Positions 1 to 13,430 of a stretch of 64,000 nt of DNA are shown piece by piece (the first letter of the stretch is position 1; every line of letters starts with the position of its first letter). Source of the stretch: Yuukianura sp. NJ FZ-2021 (lineage: Eukaryota); the NCBI GenBank assembly GCA_046563655.1, contig CM102283.1, forward strand, positions 2,294,001 through 2,358,000, in the 5' to 3' direction. The position numbers and the translations under genes were made by a program. Below the pieces are notes generated by a model. That model was not told where the DNA came from and searched no databases. It saw only the letters and a program-made list of their open reading frames with translations.

Positions 1-2073
1 AAGTTCAGATCCGGTCCAAAGATTAAAGTTTATGAACAACAAAAAAAGTTATCAAAAACTTGTTTTTCTGGAACTTTCATTTGAAAACAATTAAAGTCTC
101 AGAAAAACAGACTGTGAGCATTTTTCATTCAATTGGGATTTAAAATTGCATTTCTTGGTTAAAGGTTGGGCTTGCCTTCACAAAAAAATTGAATAAACTT
201 TTTCGAATTTCACTATTTCCAAAATTTTGAATTTGAACGAATGACGGATCATGCGCATGCTTGAAGAAAAGAGTTATGCGCATGCGTGATTGGGAAACAA
301 TGTTAAATCTCTGTATCTTGTGACAGGAGAGGGAGTTATTTAATGATAGGAGACGTTTATGCATGCAATTAGTTGTTGTATAAATCAGATTCAAGATTCC
401 AGAGCCCCTGCTGCAGTCTTGATTGTTTGATTCCATTGTTGTGGGAAGGGGGATTGTTATGCAGCCTAAAAGTTAGGTTTTATACGAACCTAAAAGTTAG
501 GTTAAAGAAACCTAACGTTATGTTTTATCTCCTTGGCCCATCTATCCTAATCTCCATCTTTGAAGCCTACGCAGGAAAACAATGGAGAGGAACAATTATA
601 AGGCTTGACGTTAAGGAAGAAGAAGATCCAGACTTTTCTTTTGAGCAACAAACAGGGATGATGCATGGGATCTCATCTCTGGATCCACCAAATTTATACA
701 AGAAGACGATGACCTTCACATTTTGAATTTGTTACAAGTTGAATACAAAAGGTATACATAGTTGGGCACTTCAGGAAAAAGTTCGTTTCGAGTTCCAAAC
801 CGGTACATCGGTAAGGAATCGAATGCGTAGTGGTACCGCTGAATACAAATTAACTTATCGATGCAAAAATTCTCCAACTGCAACAATTTTATCCGCGATT
901 CGTTCGTTCAGTACAATTTTCCAAAAAAAATATCTCAAAACTAAATGGTATTGAGTCTTTTAAAAAGTTCCCTTTAAAAACAGGCTACCACAAATTAGAA
1001 ATACATTTTGTCGAATTGAAAATTTTCTAAAATTTTGGAAAATATATTTAGAATCCTGCAATTTGTTGAAGAAAAAACAACATATTTTTCTTCAGTTGTT
1101 ACTGGTGAGTGTCGATTAGTTCACAAAAATTTTGTTTTCGTTTCATTCCGGAACCTGGCTTTGTGTTGAACTATGAAAATCGTTTGGAACGTGAATGAAT
1201 CTTTTTCTTTGTATGTTGTTAGGATTGATGGTAGTTTCGTAACAGGTTTTAATTTGAAGATTTAGAGAGTGTTGGGCTTGGATGGAAGAATGGAAATGAA
1301 TTCAGAAAGTTCTTGTGAGAACACAAAGATGCAAAGAGATCTTAGGCCTCACCTGTGTTATTTCTTGGAACTCCCAATAGCTTTTCATGGCCTCCAGATA
1401 TTACGTTGGGATGACTTTCACACCTTATAAGTACATCGCAAGAGGCTTCAATTTACAACAATCATGTACTACCCAACCACAAACAGCCACAGTGGATCCG
1501 GTACTGTCTTCCAACAAACCTCATTCCAAGATACATCCCGCCAGATCAAATTTTTTCTGGTTTTCTCTCAAACCGAATTTTAATTTCAAATTGACTTCAG
1601 CACGAGCGTCTGTCTATTCATTACAAAAAAAAAGAGAGAAAAAATACAACCAAAAATTTATGTTTAACTAAAACATTAACTAAAAAATTATTTCAGTAAA
1701 GACAAAAGTACCTACTTCAAAACGTCTTGTTTCTTTTTTTTTTGCGTTGAAGATATTTTTAAATGCCTGTTTTGGTATTTTTGACATTTCCACACCAGAA
1801 GTTGTCGTGGCAACGGCGCATCACAATGAAATTTAAGCAGTACATTGTTATTTAGCCTCATTTTTGAGAAATAAGAAGCAGTGGATAATTTTTTTTTTCA
1901 AGTGTCGTAATTTTTCGTAAGTTAAGATTTTTTGTAATTTCCAGCATCACTGATTAATTTTTTAATTACCTTCCAATTTATCAAAATTTCACCAAGTGAG
2001 CTTTGACCTTTGATCAAAAGAGTCACTTTGACGTTTGAGATTCAACGTGACCTTTGACCTCAAAAGTAAGAAG

Positions 2074-3990
2074 ATGCCTGACCCAAGTACTGAAGTGAAT
2101 AAACCTCGTCCGAAATCCTCTTTTTACTGGAAGAGTCCTGGCCCAGGGGCGTACAAACTGCCGCCGTTGACTGGTCGTCCGAACCATGCCGTCACACACT
2201 GGATTCGTCCCGAGTACACTATGCGACCCAGACTTGAAAAATACAGCAAGACGCCCGGCCCTGGAGTTGGGAAGTACTGTATTGACAGTGGACTGAAGGC
2301 CAATGGGAAGTGGCATGCTCCGGAGTACACCATGAGACCTAAACTTGAACCAAGTATGCCAACCTAACAAACCTAATTTAACTAATCTAACTAACCTAAT
2401 TGAGCTAACTACTTCATTTATAGAGGGAAGAGCGACAACTGCCGGTCCTGGAGACTACGAACTTCCGCCGATTGAAGTTTACCGTCCAAGCGTTCCTGCT
2501 TACACGTTTCGGCAGCGCACACCATTTTTTCTACGCAACAAATCTCCCGCGCCAAACGCTTACTTGTTGCCGCCCCTGCTCGGACCACGAGTCATGTCCA
2601 AAAATGCTTACCAGGAATGCAGCATGTAAGAAACTTCAAAGGTCAAAGGTCATGGGGTAATGTGAGACAAACGTACAATGTGTGTCTTTAAAAGAAGTAC
2701 AATGTCGTAGTCCATTTTAAAAAAGTCGGGGCACCGTGAGACATGAGACATATAGGATGAAATATCTTGAAAAATGCTGTTTTTAGAAAGAAAAAAAGTG
2801 GAAGGTCATTGCGAAAAAGTGGTCGAAGCTTGATTGTAAAAAAAAAAAACTCCTTCAAAATGTGATTTTTTTAGACAAAAGTACGAATACGAACAATCTG
2901 ACTTTTTTTGCTCTTATGTGGAGCGCCAATTTTAAAATTACTGGCGCCAAAATCCTCTCAAATGATCTTCTAAGAAAAAAAGAAGCCAAGTGGAGGCAAC
3001 TTTTGAAGTGTTTGAACACTTTAACACAAAACCCCTGAACACAACACACGCATATTCTTTTCTTTGCTAAAGTTTTTGCAAAATACAAAACCCTTAAGAT
3101 TTGGCTTTCTAAAGGACAATTCGGCGTCTTTCGACGGACTTTTGTTTGCTTTTGTTTAAAAAAAACTTCAAAGAAGCTTTCAAAAAAGTGATTTTTTATA
3201 GCGTCAGTTTTTGAATGAATTGAAAATCGAGAGGTTTTTGGAAAATGGTTTCCCACTCCTGAATCCAGATTGTTCTTATTTTTTGTTCAAAAATGAATGG
3301 AAATTGCAAGCGTTTTAAGTGTGTTTTTTCAGAAACTTTTTTTTACATGGAACGTTGCCAAATTTTGAAGTTTATTTTCAGATTTAGGAAAAAAGTTGTA
3401 ACAAAACAAAGGAGGCCTCTTTTAGAATTTCTAAAATTACAAAATTCCGAATCAGTTTTGGAAGTGATAAAATTATGAATGACTTTATACTTAAATGAAA
3501 ATACGTTTTGGCAAAATTTGAATTTTGTTTTAGAAAAGAACAGTTTAAAAATAAGTTTTTTTTAACTTTCTTTTTAGGAAAGGTAAAGTTGGGTTGCAGT
3601 TAGGCAAAACCATGAGCCCTGGACCCGCCGCCTACGATCCAATTCGCCCTGATAAAGTCAAGCCCAAAGCTCCCGAATTTACCATGCCAACGGGCAAGGA
3701 GTTCAAGGTCAAATGGGCACCCGGTTGTGGACCCGCCTCGTACGACCCCACACGCAAAATCTACCCTAGTCGACCCGCCTACACTTTTGGAATTCGGTAA
3801 TACAACTAATTAAATATGTTAATGAATGTATTAAATATAATTAATATATGTATATATTTAATTACTATTTATATTATTTAGGTATCCTGAGTACACTGCC
3901 AATTTGTACACGGAGTGTGACAAGAGTCACTTGGTCATCGAAGCCAAACGAGACCTTCCTACTGGTTCAGAAACTGATTGTGACTTCTAA
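2074..3990 (+). CDS. Outer dense fiber protein 3 / SHIPPO-1-like PGP-repeat protein; join(2074..2353,2424..2625,3578..3796,3882..3990)
   Basis: Repeated S/T-P-G-P-x-x-Y ... P-x-Y/F-T/S motifs (SPGPGAY, TPGPG, AGPGDY, SPAPNAY, SPGPAAY, GPASY). Four exons join in frame through GT-AG introns. Confidence 0.85.
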
Positions 3991-4488
3991 AAATTTTGAC
4001 TTTTGTCTCTTCAATTTACTTTCAATTTGCTCAAAATTTTGATTTTCTCTGTAAAAACCGTCTTTATGTAGTTCACCATGTTTGGCTTTTATAATAATTT
4101 CAAAATTTGAAATTGGTAACAAAGTGAAGAAAGGAAAAAATACACTTCCTGGATGTCACAAAACACAAAATATCATATTTATTTCCAAAATATTAAAACT
4201 TTTCAAAGTTGACTTTGAGGTATAATCGAAATTTAAAAAGAAATGAATTAAAGTAACCGACATTTTTGTGGTCTGTTGCCAAAATTAAAGGAAACAAGAA
4301 GTAAAGTTTAGTTTTCATCATAATTATGTTTTTCCCATCCATTAACTAAATGTGGGCGTGCGTATACCCTGTGCATTAGGCAGTAACAAAGTTACGACAC
4401 TTAAAACCCATTTCAAAGGTTCCAGTAAAATCAAAAACTTTGAAAAAAGTTGCAAAATCGCAACTCTGCAAATTCACAACTAGCAAAC

Positions 4489-6751
4489 ATGAACCTGAAC
4501 ACTAAAAAATTGATAGGCTTAGCTTCTGTAGTAGTCATTGGAATAATAGTGATTATTTGCATAGTGGTTTTTGCGTTTCGAGACAAAGGTAAGAAAGATG
4601 TTCAAGATGTTACGCTATCCAGATTTTTTAGATTAATAGTATAATATATTTATATAATATGTCCATACAATAATCATAGCTACCTAATACAAATTTTTGT
4701 AAAAATGATTATTATATTTTACAACGAGTAGATGACTAACGTAAGTTTCTTTGGAAATCTATGACGAAAGTGCTTATAATTACTTTTAACAAGTTATAAG
4801 TATTTCCGCTAATTCCAATCACTCGAAAGCTAATTACATTGAATCTCCCATTCGACATTCCTGATTGAGTGAAAATGAAATGTTTTCCAAATTTTGATTC
4901 AAATATTAAGGAAAGCTCCGAAGTTTGATGACATTCGTTTGTGGTTGGTTCTTCGGATTTGTCAAATTCAATTCAAAATCCGTTTCGTAAAATGAGAAAT
5001 ATTGAAACTTGCGGCTGTAGGAAACGGGCGACCGTGTTTTGGAAAAATTTTGGAGTTTGCGAAATTTCAACTTCGTAAATTAAAACTAAAGCAAATCCAT
5101 ACTTTTTCCTATTTTTTGCATTGACGCTGTGATTGCTTACATATGATGTTACGTATGCTAGAAACATCCATTTCTCTTGAAATCCGTTGTCGTCATCTAC
5201 GGCCTTAATTACATAACATTGTAAGCCATAACCTAACTTTACTTTCCTATAACACGCATAACATATATCGATGTAGGAATCCTTGGATTCTAGGCATTGT
5301 TTTAAGTTTGTTGAGTATAAAAGGAAAATAGTCAGCAAAAAGTGGAGGATATTATCTTTCTTTTAGCAAAATTTTGCATTTTTTTGTTTCTTTTTGGAAG
5401 TTTAACAGATTGGGAAGTATGCTTTTTATTGGGAGTAGTTGGTGGGGAAAATCGGAATTAAGTTGTAGAGAAAAGATAATTATTAGTGTTGGAATAGCGG
5501 CTGTACTTACCACAATTGTCGTTGTGTTTTTGAATCACAACAACAAGGGTAGATTAACAGATTATTTAATAAAATATTTAGTTAATTTTGATTTAGTTAA
5601 AATAATAAATTTATTTCAGGCTACTGCAATGCCCGTGCAAGGCTGTACTCGAAGAAGGATTTAAAAGGTACGAAAAATAATTTGTTTTTGAGCAAATACC
5701 AGATTTTTCAAAAGTGCTTTACAATTCTCGCCACCTAAATTGTATTTTAATTTTTTTTTTAAATTCAATTTGATTCTTTCAACACTTATGTTTGCCGCTA
5801 CTTTCTGAAGGTGACTATGTAGACTATGATTCCAACTACAGAGCGACATGGAAAGACTGCGGATGCCTATATTACGACGAATGGACAGAACGAACATTTC
5901 AGTCCGTGGAGACTTACGGTACTTGCGTTCGGATTTTCACATATCCGTTCTGCAAAGGTCAATCACTGGCAGTGTATCCAGGAAGTCCCATGGCAACCAA
6001 TCTACAACTCACACACCCAGGCGGCGGCTATACAGGCATGTCCGTCGGTTGCTGTCTGCCAGAAGAATTTGAAAATTCAACATTTCGCGCCCTTTTGCCT
6101 CCAGACTGGAACTTACATCAGCGGGACCAAGAAACAGATTTGGCGGTTTACGACACTTACTATTACGCACCGAAAGACAGCCGCACCGGCATACCGGATC
6201 TGAAGACGAATCCCGGTTTCCTATTTTTCTATGACTCTTTTCCTGTAAGTCTCGCCCGAGATGTCAGTAGTAGCAGTACCCCGATTGTTAATAATGCCCA
6301 GTACTTTGTGTATCAAAGACCGGCCAATGATGATTCAACTTCTTCGAAAATCGAGCGAACTGAACGGATTTATCAAACTAAAATTATGTTAGCGAATTTT
6401 TTGAATCCGAAACCCCCGGAACCAATTTCTCAAGAAATTTCAGAGTATTACGAAACTGTTGAACGACATGCGGGAGACAGTTTGGGATTTTTTGTTCCGT
6501 TGGAAATTGGTGGTCCTTCGAACGTTACTTTCAATGTGTTTCCAAGGAGTTTTGCCGCCAAAACCAAAATGGCGACAGTTATTTCAAAAATTCGAAATTA
6601 TCTCGAAGAAAGCAACAGATCTGTGCGTTTGACATTGTCAATTTCTTATGAGTACAAATATTCCACTCGACCATTAGGATTTACCTATCGAATTCAAGAT
6701 GAGGAAAATCGAGAGTTGTTTGTGTCTTATGGTGTAGTGCTTAACAATTAA
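4489..6751 (+). CDS. Type II membrane protein: N-terminal TM + beta/gamma-crystallin-like domain + His-Me-finger (non-specific endonuclease-like) C-terminal domain, copy 1; join(4489..4588 or 5419..5548,5620..5667,5811..6751)
   Basis: Hydrophobic first exon(s). Crystallin-like pattern ARLYSKKDLKG...SVETYGTCVRIFTYPFCKGQSLAVYPGS. C-terminal GDSLGFFVPLEIGG...NVFP...YSTRP. All three introns are phase-compatible. Paralog at 23755-25191. Confidence 0.75.
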
Positions 6752-7398
6752 ATTTTATTGCTATTTTTACCAATAACTTATTCTTCACAATATTCATTTC
6801 TAAATTATTGTAAAATAGATGGGTAGTTTAAAAAGAATTCGCACGTTAGAGAATTCAAAAGTTGAAATGAAGTGAATAGAAAATATGAAATTATTTTGAC
6901 TGCACGCTTCCAAAAAATTTGCAAGTTTAAAAAAAAGTTTAGATTAACGCCTACTTTTGCTGAAACAAAACTTCTCATTAAAATTGTCACGAAACCTGTA
7001 TGTTTTAAACTGCTTTTATTCAATTAATGGAGTTATGCAGACACCAATGTAAAGAGGTGTTAAACTTTTCAGTATTGAGAAGCAAGTGAGAGAACAGAAT
7101 TTGAGGATTGTTGCTTATGAATGAGGAGGAGTGAGGATTTGAGGACTTCCTCTTTGAAGATACCTACCTATGTTTTTAAGTGAGCAATGATGATGAAACA
7201 CTGCTTGCCTTTGTTCTGTGGATTTTTTTTAACTAAAATTTTTAATTAATAATTTTTTAATTAACGCAGTTACTCCACGAATCGTACTGGCAGCAGAGCG
7301 TTCGAATTAGAAATTTCTATCTGCATTTTTTCGTAAACAAAGTTAGTTTATATTGATTTTTTTTTATTTATCTCTTTTGCCATTCACAAGAAAAGAAG

Positions 7399-9527
7399 AT
7401 GAGGATTTTGGTTTTCTTTTTGGCATGTAAAAAAAATATTTTTATATTTTTTTTTATAACTTTTTTTAACAAACCAGCAACTTACTGATTAGGTTAATTT
7501 TTTGCCAGGTCATAGACTTCTTGCATTAGAGGCGTTGCCGAAGAGCTGTCAAAAAGTAAGCGATTTTGAAAACTATGTAAAATTTAAAAAAAAAACTTTT
7601 TTTTGAAAATGTTGCTTCACAGGAAGAAGAAACGACGCTGAATGAGTTTCGTAGCTGTCTGACCCTTTACCGTGTACTATCACCAACATTTGAATTTGTG
7701 AATCGTGACCTTTGCTCTGACCGCTACACTTTCCTCAATCAACCATGGAATCTGCGTCTGGAACGTAGTTACCCTCTAGCTTACTTCCTCCCTGCTCATG
7801 CGCAGGATGTGTCAGCCGCTGTCAAATGTGGTGTTCAAACAGGTCTCCGACTAATGCCGAACAGTGGCGGACATTCCTACGAAGGACTCAGCTGGGGAAC
7901 CAACGACACCATCATCATTGACTTCCGCAACATGGCTAAAGTTCGCGTAGAGGTCAAAGGTCAAGGTCAGCATCCTGTTGCATACGTTGAACCAGGAGCC
8001 AATATTGGTCAAGTCAGTGCCTACTTGTGGGAAAATGGTGGCTACGGATTTTCTATGGGAACTTGCCTTACAGTGGCCATGGGTGGACATATCATAGGAG
8101 GCGGACTCGGTTGGTACTCGGGCGTCTACGGCTTAGCAACGGATAATCTGCTTGAGGTTGAAGTTGTTGACGCCAAAGGCGACATGGTCGTAGCCAATGA
8201 AAACGTGAATAAGGACTTGTTCTGGGCATTTCGTGGAATTGGCGCTGGCTATATCGGAATTGCAACAAAGTTCAAGGTCAAACTTTTTCAAGCTTCGAAA
8301 ACACAACTGACCTTGGTCAATGTGCATTACGATATAAAGGATTTTGCGGAATCGTTTATCGCGCTTCAAAAATTTCAAAATTGGCTTGAAGTCGAAGACG
8401 AAGAAATCGGTTTTCTCGGATTTACAATAGCCAGCGGTAAATTTACGGTCTATTTGTAATGATATACAGTCAAACCTCTAATTCGGAAACATTTTTGTCA
8501 TTCACGTGACAATGGCATATACTGTAAAAGTTAACTTTTTGGCCGGATCTGAATTATACCCAAATACGTTGTACTTGGAAGGTTTACGGTAAGAGAGAAA
8601 AACTTTTATTGAACAAAGCAACCAATCAGAACGAGTTTCCAAATTAGAGCTGACTGTAACCATTTTCAATTTCAAAATCTTTAAAAAAAATGCAAGTTTT
8701 ATATAATAATTTTCAAAAAAAATTTTTTTTTTTGCACAGATTCGTACAACCAAACGATTCCCGTCGTTTACCCAGGAATGAATATTTTTGCCCTGCATAT
8801 TCAAGATCCAACGTATCACCCCGCTGGAAACCAAAAGTTTTTGAAAGCAATCGACGACCATTTCCCGCTTCCCGGAATAATTTCAGAAATGTATCTCGAT
8901 TATCCTCATCACATTGCACTCACTATATCCATCCCCATCACTTTTCCAAAATGGAACACCAAGGAGCCAGTAGAAATTGGAAATTTTGCAAACTACTATG
9001 CATTGCCCAATGCATCTCAAGCGCCCGAGAGCGAAATTTTTTCATTCTTCAAAAACGTGAAGAAGGAACACGCTGCTCCACGGTACTTCAAGGCCAAGGG
9101 ATTTTTCAGCAAAGGACAATTTAGCATGGACCAACTGAGTCCGGTCCAGGAAGTGCTGAATCGCATTCCGCAAAACAATATTTGGGCATTGGTCATAGCA
9201 TGGCAGGGGAAGCTGCTCAAAGTGCCACACGACGTTATGGCTTATGTACACAGAAGGGGATTGGCGATGGAGGTTAATTTGCACTATGAGGGGTCAGCAG
9301 AGGTCAACCACGTCGTTCCAGGCATGAAATATTTGTACGACCTGCACGACTCTATGAAATTCATGGATAGCGGAGAAAGTTATCAAAATATTCACGACTT
9401 AGAGGAGGAAAATATTTTTAATAGATTTTACAAAGAAAATTTTAAGAAACTTCAACAGGTCAAAGTCAAATGGGATCCAAACAACTATTTTGTATCTAAG
9501 CTTTCTATTCCAATGGATTCTAAGTAG
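7399..9527 (+). CDS. Probably secreted FAD-linked oxidase, berberine-bridge-enzyme (BBE)-like; join(7399..7426,7509..7555,7623..8436,8740..9527)
   Basis: SGGHSYEG FAD-binding His motif, GTCLTVAMGGHIIGGG, DLFWAFRGIG, and C-terminal BBE motif SYQN...FYKENFKKLQQVKVKWDPNNYF. Exons join in frame. Short hydrophobic N-terminus MRILVFFLACHRLLALEA. Confidence 0.9.
8467..8656. mobile_element. pogo/Tigger-like MITE in intron 3 of the BBE-like gene
   Basis: TA-flanked imperfect TIRs CAGTCAAACCTCTAATTCGGAAAC ... GTTTCCAAATTAGAGCTGACTG. Confidence 0.65.
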
Positions 9528-10356
9528 CAACTAAAATTAATAAGGTGTTAGTAGTGTAATGGAATTTGCTTTATTTTAGAATCAAGATCAATCTAAATTT
9601 GTTTTTGCTTGTTGCAAAAGAATATGTCCTTTTGTTTGGTTTATTAGCTATGGGAAACTACTTTATATATCAACCTTCTGTGGTTTATCTGTACGTCTGG
9701 TAGTCCGTTGGCGCCAAATTTTGTGTTTCGGAAATTGCTTCATTTAAATGCACCTATATTCGGAAGCGGTTAGTTGAGATGAGATGGGTTTTTGATGACC
9801 GTCAAAAACCGGGTCAGGGGTCAAAGGTCAAGGTCATCGATTTTTTTACTTATTCGGCAACGGATGGACTGGTTTTGGAAGCGGGTTTCGGGGAAGGATG
9901 TTTGGAAACGCGAGGGCTAAGATTCCGACGGTTGTTTGACGTCACGTGACCTTTAATAATACTCCGAGGTCAAAGTCAAAAATATTCTTCACAGGAATTT
10001 TCCATTTGACGATACTTATTTACTCCTCATTTTATTAAAATTTATTTTTTATGTGTTCATATAGTCTAGAAATGGCAAATGATAAATAATTCGCATACGC
10101 CGGCGACTTACCACATACGTTTCCGGCATGAATAAATAAACACACTAAATGAGCACTCTTAACTTAACGGTCCTTGTCAACCTGTAGAAAAGTTAATAGC
10201 TTTTAAAAATTTTTGTGGAAAACACAATAATAAATTCACGAGAAACTCTTCACTTTGTTTCCATTTCTCCGTTGCTAACAGTAAACATTATCTTTTCCCG
10301 GCTAAAATTGCGACCAAATAACTCAAGCATCTTTAAACTTTCGGCAACTCTCGAAC

Positions 10357-12702
10357 ATGGAGAAGTTGAGCCCGGCACTGAAGTTGTTTTTGAAGTCGAT
10401 TCAAAAAAATTACAAACTGCATCAGTCACCTTTGGTGTGGAATAAAAACTTGAAATGCTTTGTAATCGATGGGTCAAGGAAGTACCGTTGCTTAGCCCTG
10501 TGCGTTTTACTGTTCGAGGTTGCTGCCATTTTCTTTACGATTTTCATGGGGGTCACTAGTCACTTGGAAGGGACGAATCCTGTGTTTTCACTTGAATGTG
10601 TAGCACAAACTGGTATTCTTCTACACGACGTTGTCGTTGATTTGAACATGATATGGAAAGACAAACTATGGCAACAAGAAGTCAACACGTTGGTGCTCAC
10701 ACAAACACCACCGGGAACTGGTATTAACTTTTAGTTTAATAGTATTTCACAATAAAATACAGCAACTGTAGATTTAGAAAAATTGAGTTAAAAGAATTGG
10801 TAAAGTTGTGATGGTCACCTTCCCTTCAACGTACTAGATCTTATTTATGCTAATTAAGTAGCGAAAGCTACTTTATGCATCGGCATTGTCTGTCTGGCCG
10901 TCCGTCGACGTCAACTATATCTCGGGAATGCTTCAACACTTCTAGGATCTGTTTTCACCAGTGGACTAATATAGTGACCCTGTGATATTCATTGAATATC
11001 ATCTCGGTGGGTAAACTCCTTCCGGGTCAAGGTCGACCGGCTATGTTGCTGGTAACATGCAAAATGACCTCTACAAAACTTGTTTATCTCATTGAGATCA
11101 ACAATTTTTGTATATATTATAAATCCATAAAGTGACCTCCTTCTGGGTCAAGGGTAAACTTTTTTCACTTTATCGTTCAACCATAGCTTTCACCATGGTA
11201 TGGCGGCGTGGCCAGCCGTTTGTGATTGGAACGGCAACTTTTGCTACTTACATACACCAGTTGACAACCGGTTATTAAGTATCGTCAGATACTTATAGGG
11301 ATCGTATTGTCAATCCGTCCGTCCGTCCGTCCATCTGTCTGTCCGTCCGTCCGTCCGCACGTCCGTCCGTAATGCTTACAACACAATAACCACTGCACTG
11401 ATTTCTAAGCAGTTTTTTTTATTTAGTAACTACTGACCAGATGACTAAAAATCAGTTTCTGGATTCAGCTCAAGTGACCTATATTGGTGTCAAAGGTCAA
11501 GGTTATGCTCCATTTACATTACGGAAACGGATGGGCAGACTCTGGAGGGGTTTGCGGGGATCCGATTTTGATGACCTCGAGTGACCTCTAACAGGGCCAA
11601 GGCTCAAGGTCATCGTTTTCTCTATAATTCGGAAATGGATAGAACCGATTCGGAAGTGGCTTCTGAGAATGGATGTTTGACGATGGGATGACTAAGATTC
11701 CGAATATTGTTTGACCTCTAGTGAGCTCTAACAATATCAAAGGTCTAGGTCAACAATATCCTGCGCGGGAACTCTCTATAATTAATCCGACGATACTTAT
11801 TTACATCGTCTTTGCAAGAAGTTTATTTCTTCCACATTTTTCAGATTTTCGCGCATTGACATTTAACCTTAGCCATTTGATTTTAACCTTTCGTTTCATT
11901 AATAGGAAACGCCCTGTACTGTCCAAATGCAGCCTACAGAACTTTGTGGATGGTGAGGTTGACTAACATTATTATTCCATTGGCATGGGTAGTTGCTGCA
12001 ATTGCGTCTCCAGTAATCTCTCTCCACGACGTACATTTTCTTGTTGGAAAGACGATGGTCAACGGAATACAGCAGGGTTCAAGCTCAGCATATCTTCTGT
12101 TACACGGCATCACAGGAATATTCTTTATCGTTCGGGCATTTACATTGTATATCACCGTATACAAATATCGACCGTATGCAATACTTGTTCTCATCTACAT
12201 CGACTTAGTAAACCACTTCTTTTCTCCGGCGGGACTCCAAGCAAGAAAGCGGAAAGTAAGGTTGTCGGCTGAAATTCGGCGCTATAACTCCATTTTATTT
12301 GTTACCTCAATCGCGTCTGATTTCCTGCATTTGATTCTCGGGTCATGTGTTGTACTTGCCAGTACATTTTGTTCAGTTGCCTTTTCCGTTGGACTCAGAC
12401 GTATAACAACATTTTATGGGATGATGTTGCTTTGTGCAGGGACTGTACTCATCGTGCCCCTCAACCTCTTCTTGACAACTGCTGCAAATGTCTACACTAG
12501 ATCAGAAGAGTACGTTGAATTACTTCGAACAAGAGCAGCTACAGACAAGCAGGTAAAGACGATGCGTCGAAACATTAGAGCCTTACGCACATGTCGTATG
12601 ATGTGTGGTACTCTACACTATGTTAATATTGAAATGGTCATTAATGCAAACCAGAATATTCTTGACTATACTCTGCAACTTTTAGTTATCCTTAATTCCT
12701 AA
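10357..12702 (+). CDS. Multi-pass gustatory/odorant receptor-like membrane protein, family A copy 1; join(10357..10720,11906..12702)
   Basis: About 386 aa with several hydrophobic segments. C-terminal RRNIRALRTCRMMCGTLHY...ILDYTLQLLV resembles hexapod GR-like tails. Phase-1 GT-AG intron is conserved in the paralog. Confidence 0.7.
10856..11255 (+). mobile_element. Helentron/DINE-1-like non-autonomous element (representative copy; related pieces at ~9640-10030, 11310-11820, 12750-13110, 14130-14490, 15312-15530, 17230-17665, 18280-18680, and on the minus strand ~56330-56650)
   Basis: 5' palindrome AAGTAGCGAAAGCTACTT, then a TGTC/CGTC microsatellite, an internal GGTCAAAGGTCA-rich body, and a 3' subterminal inverted copy CTTT(T/C)GCTACTT. 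Confidence 0.55.
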
Positions 12703-13430
12703 ACATGTTATGGAAAAAAAATTAACCCGATGCTCTTTGCCTTACTTGCTTTACTTTATACATCAACCTTGTCTGTCTGTCTGGCCATCCCTGGCTGTTT
12801 TCGTCGGATGGACTCCTAGAGACTCGGTGATGTTGATTGAATTTCATCCTAGTGGGTCAATTCCTTGCGGGTCAAACGTCAAGGTCAACCAGTTTCATTC
12901 CCGGTAACACGGACGATCACCTATGCAAAAGTTGTTCGTCTCGCCGAGTCCAACAACTTTTGTGTACATCGTGTGACAATACGTCACCTTTTCCGGGTCA
13001 AAGGTCAACTTTTTTCTTTTTACCGTTCATAACCACAGGGCATTCATGATGCGTCCATGTGACAAGCCGCTTGCAATTGCAGCGCCATCTTTCACTATTT
13101 ACATACATCAGTTCAAAAACCGTTTATTTGGTAGTGTCCATGTCGTATGGTTATAACTACTCCAGTCGTCCAGTTAGTAATTCGCATATCGAAATTTAAT
13201 ACGAAGAAAACCCTTCATCGCGTATGGGTGTAGTACTCAATAATTAAAATACTTGCTTTGTAATGTTCGACAAATCACAATTTAGAGAAGATGGTACTTA
13301 GTAATATAATGACATTCACGAATGTAATAAACAAAATTTGTTGTGTAATAAAATAATATAAGTTTTTGGTGTACTTCTTTTCGAGCGATAGGTCACGCTA
13401 TTTTCTAAATCCCCAATACCGCTTTGAATT

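Noticed and set aside
140-1671. Short ORFs and a possible minus-strand donor near 1352
   Set aside because: No recognisable protein motif and no consistent exon chain could be built.
11845-12013. Alternative receptor model with exon 11845-11952 and a 61-nt intron
   Set aside because: The required acceptor AG is not conserved in the paralog. The 11906 acceptor gives a conserved continuous reading frame in both copies.
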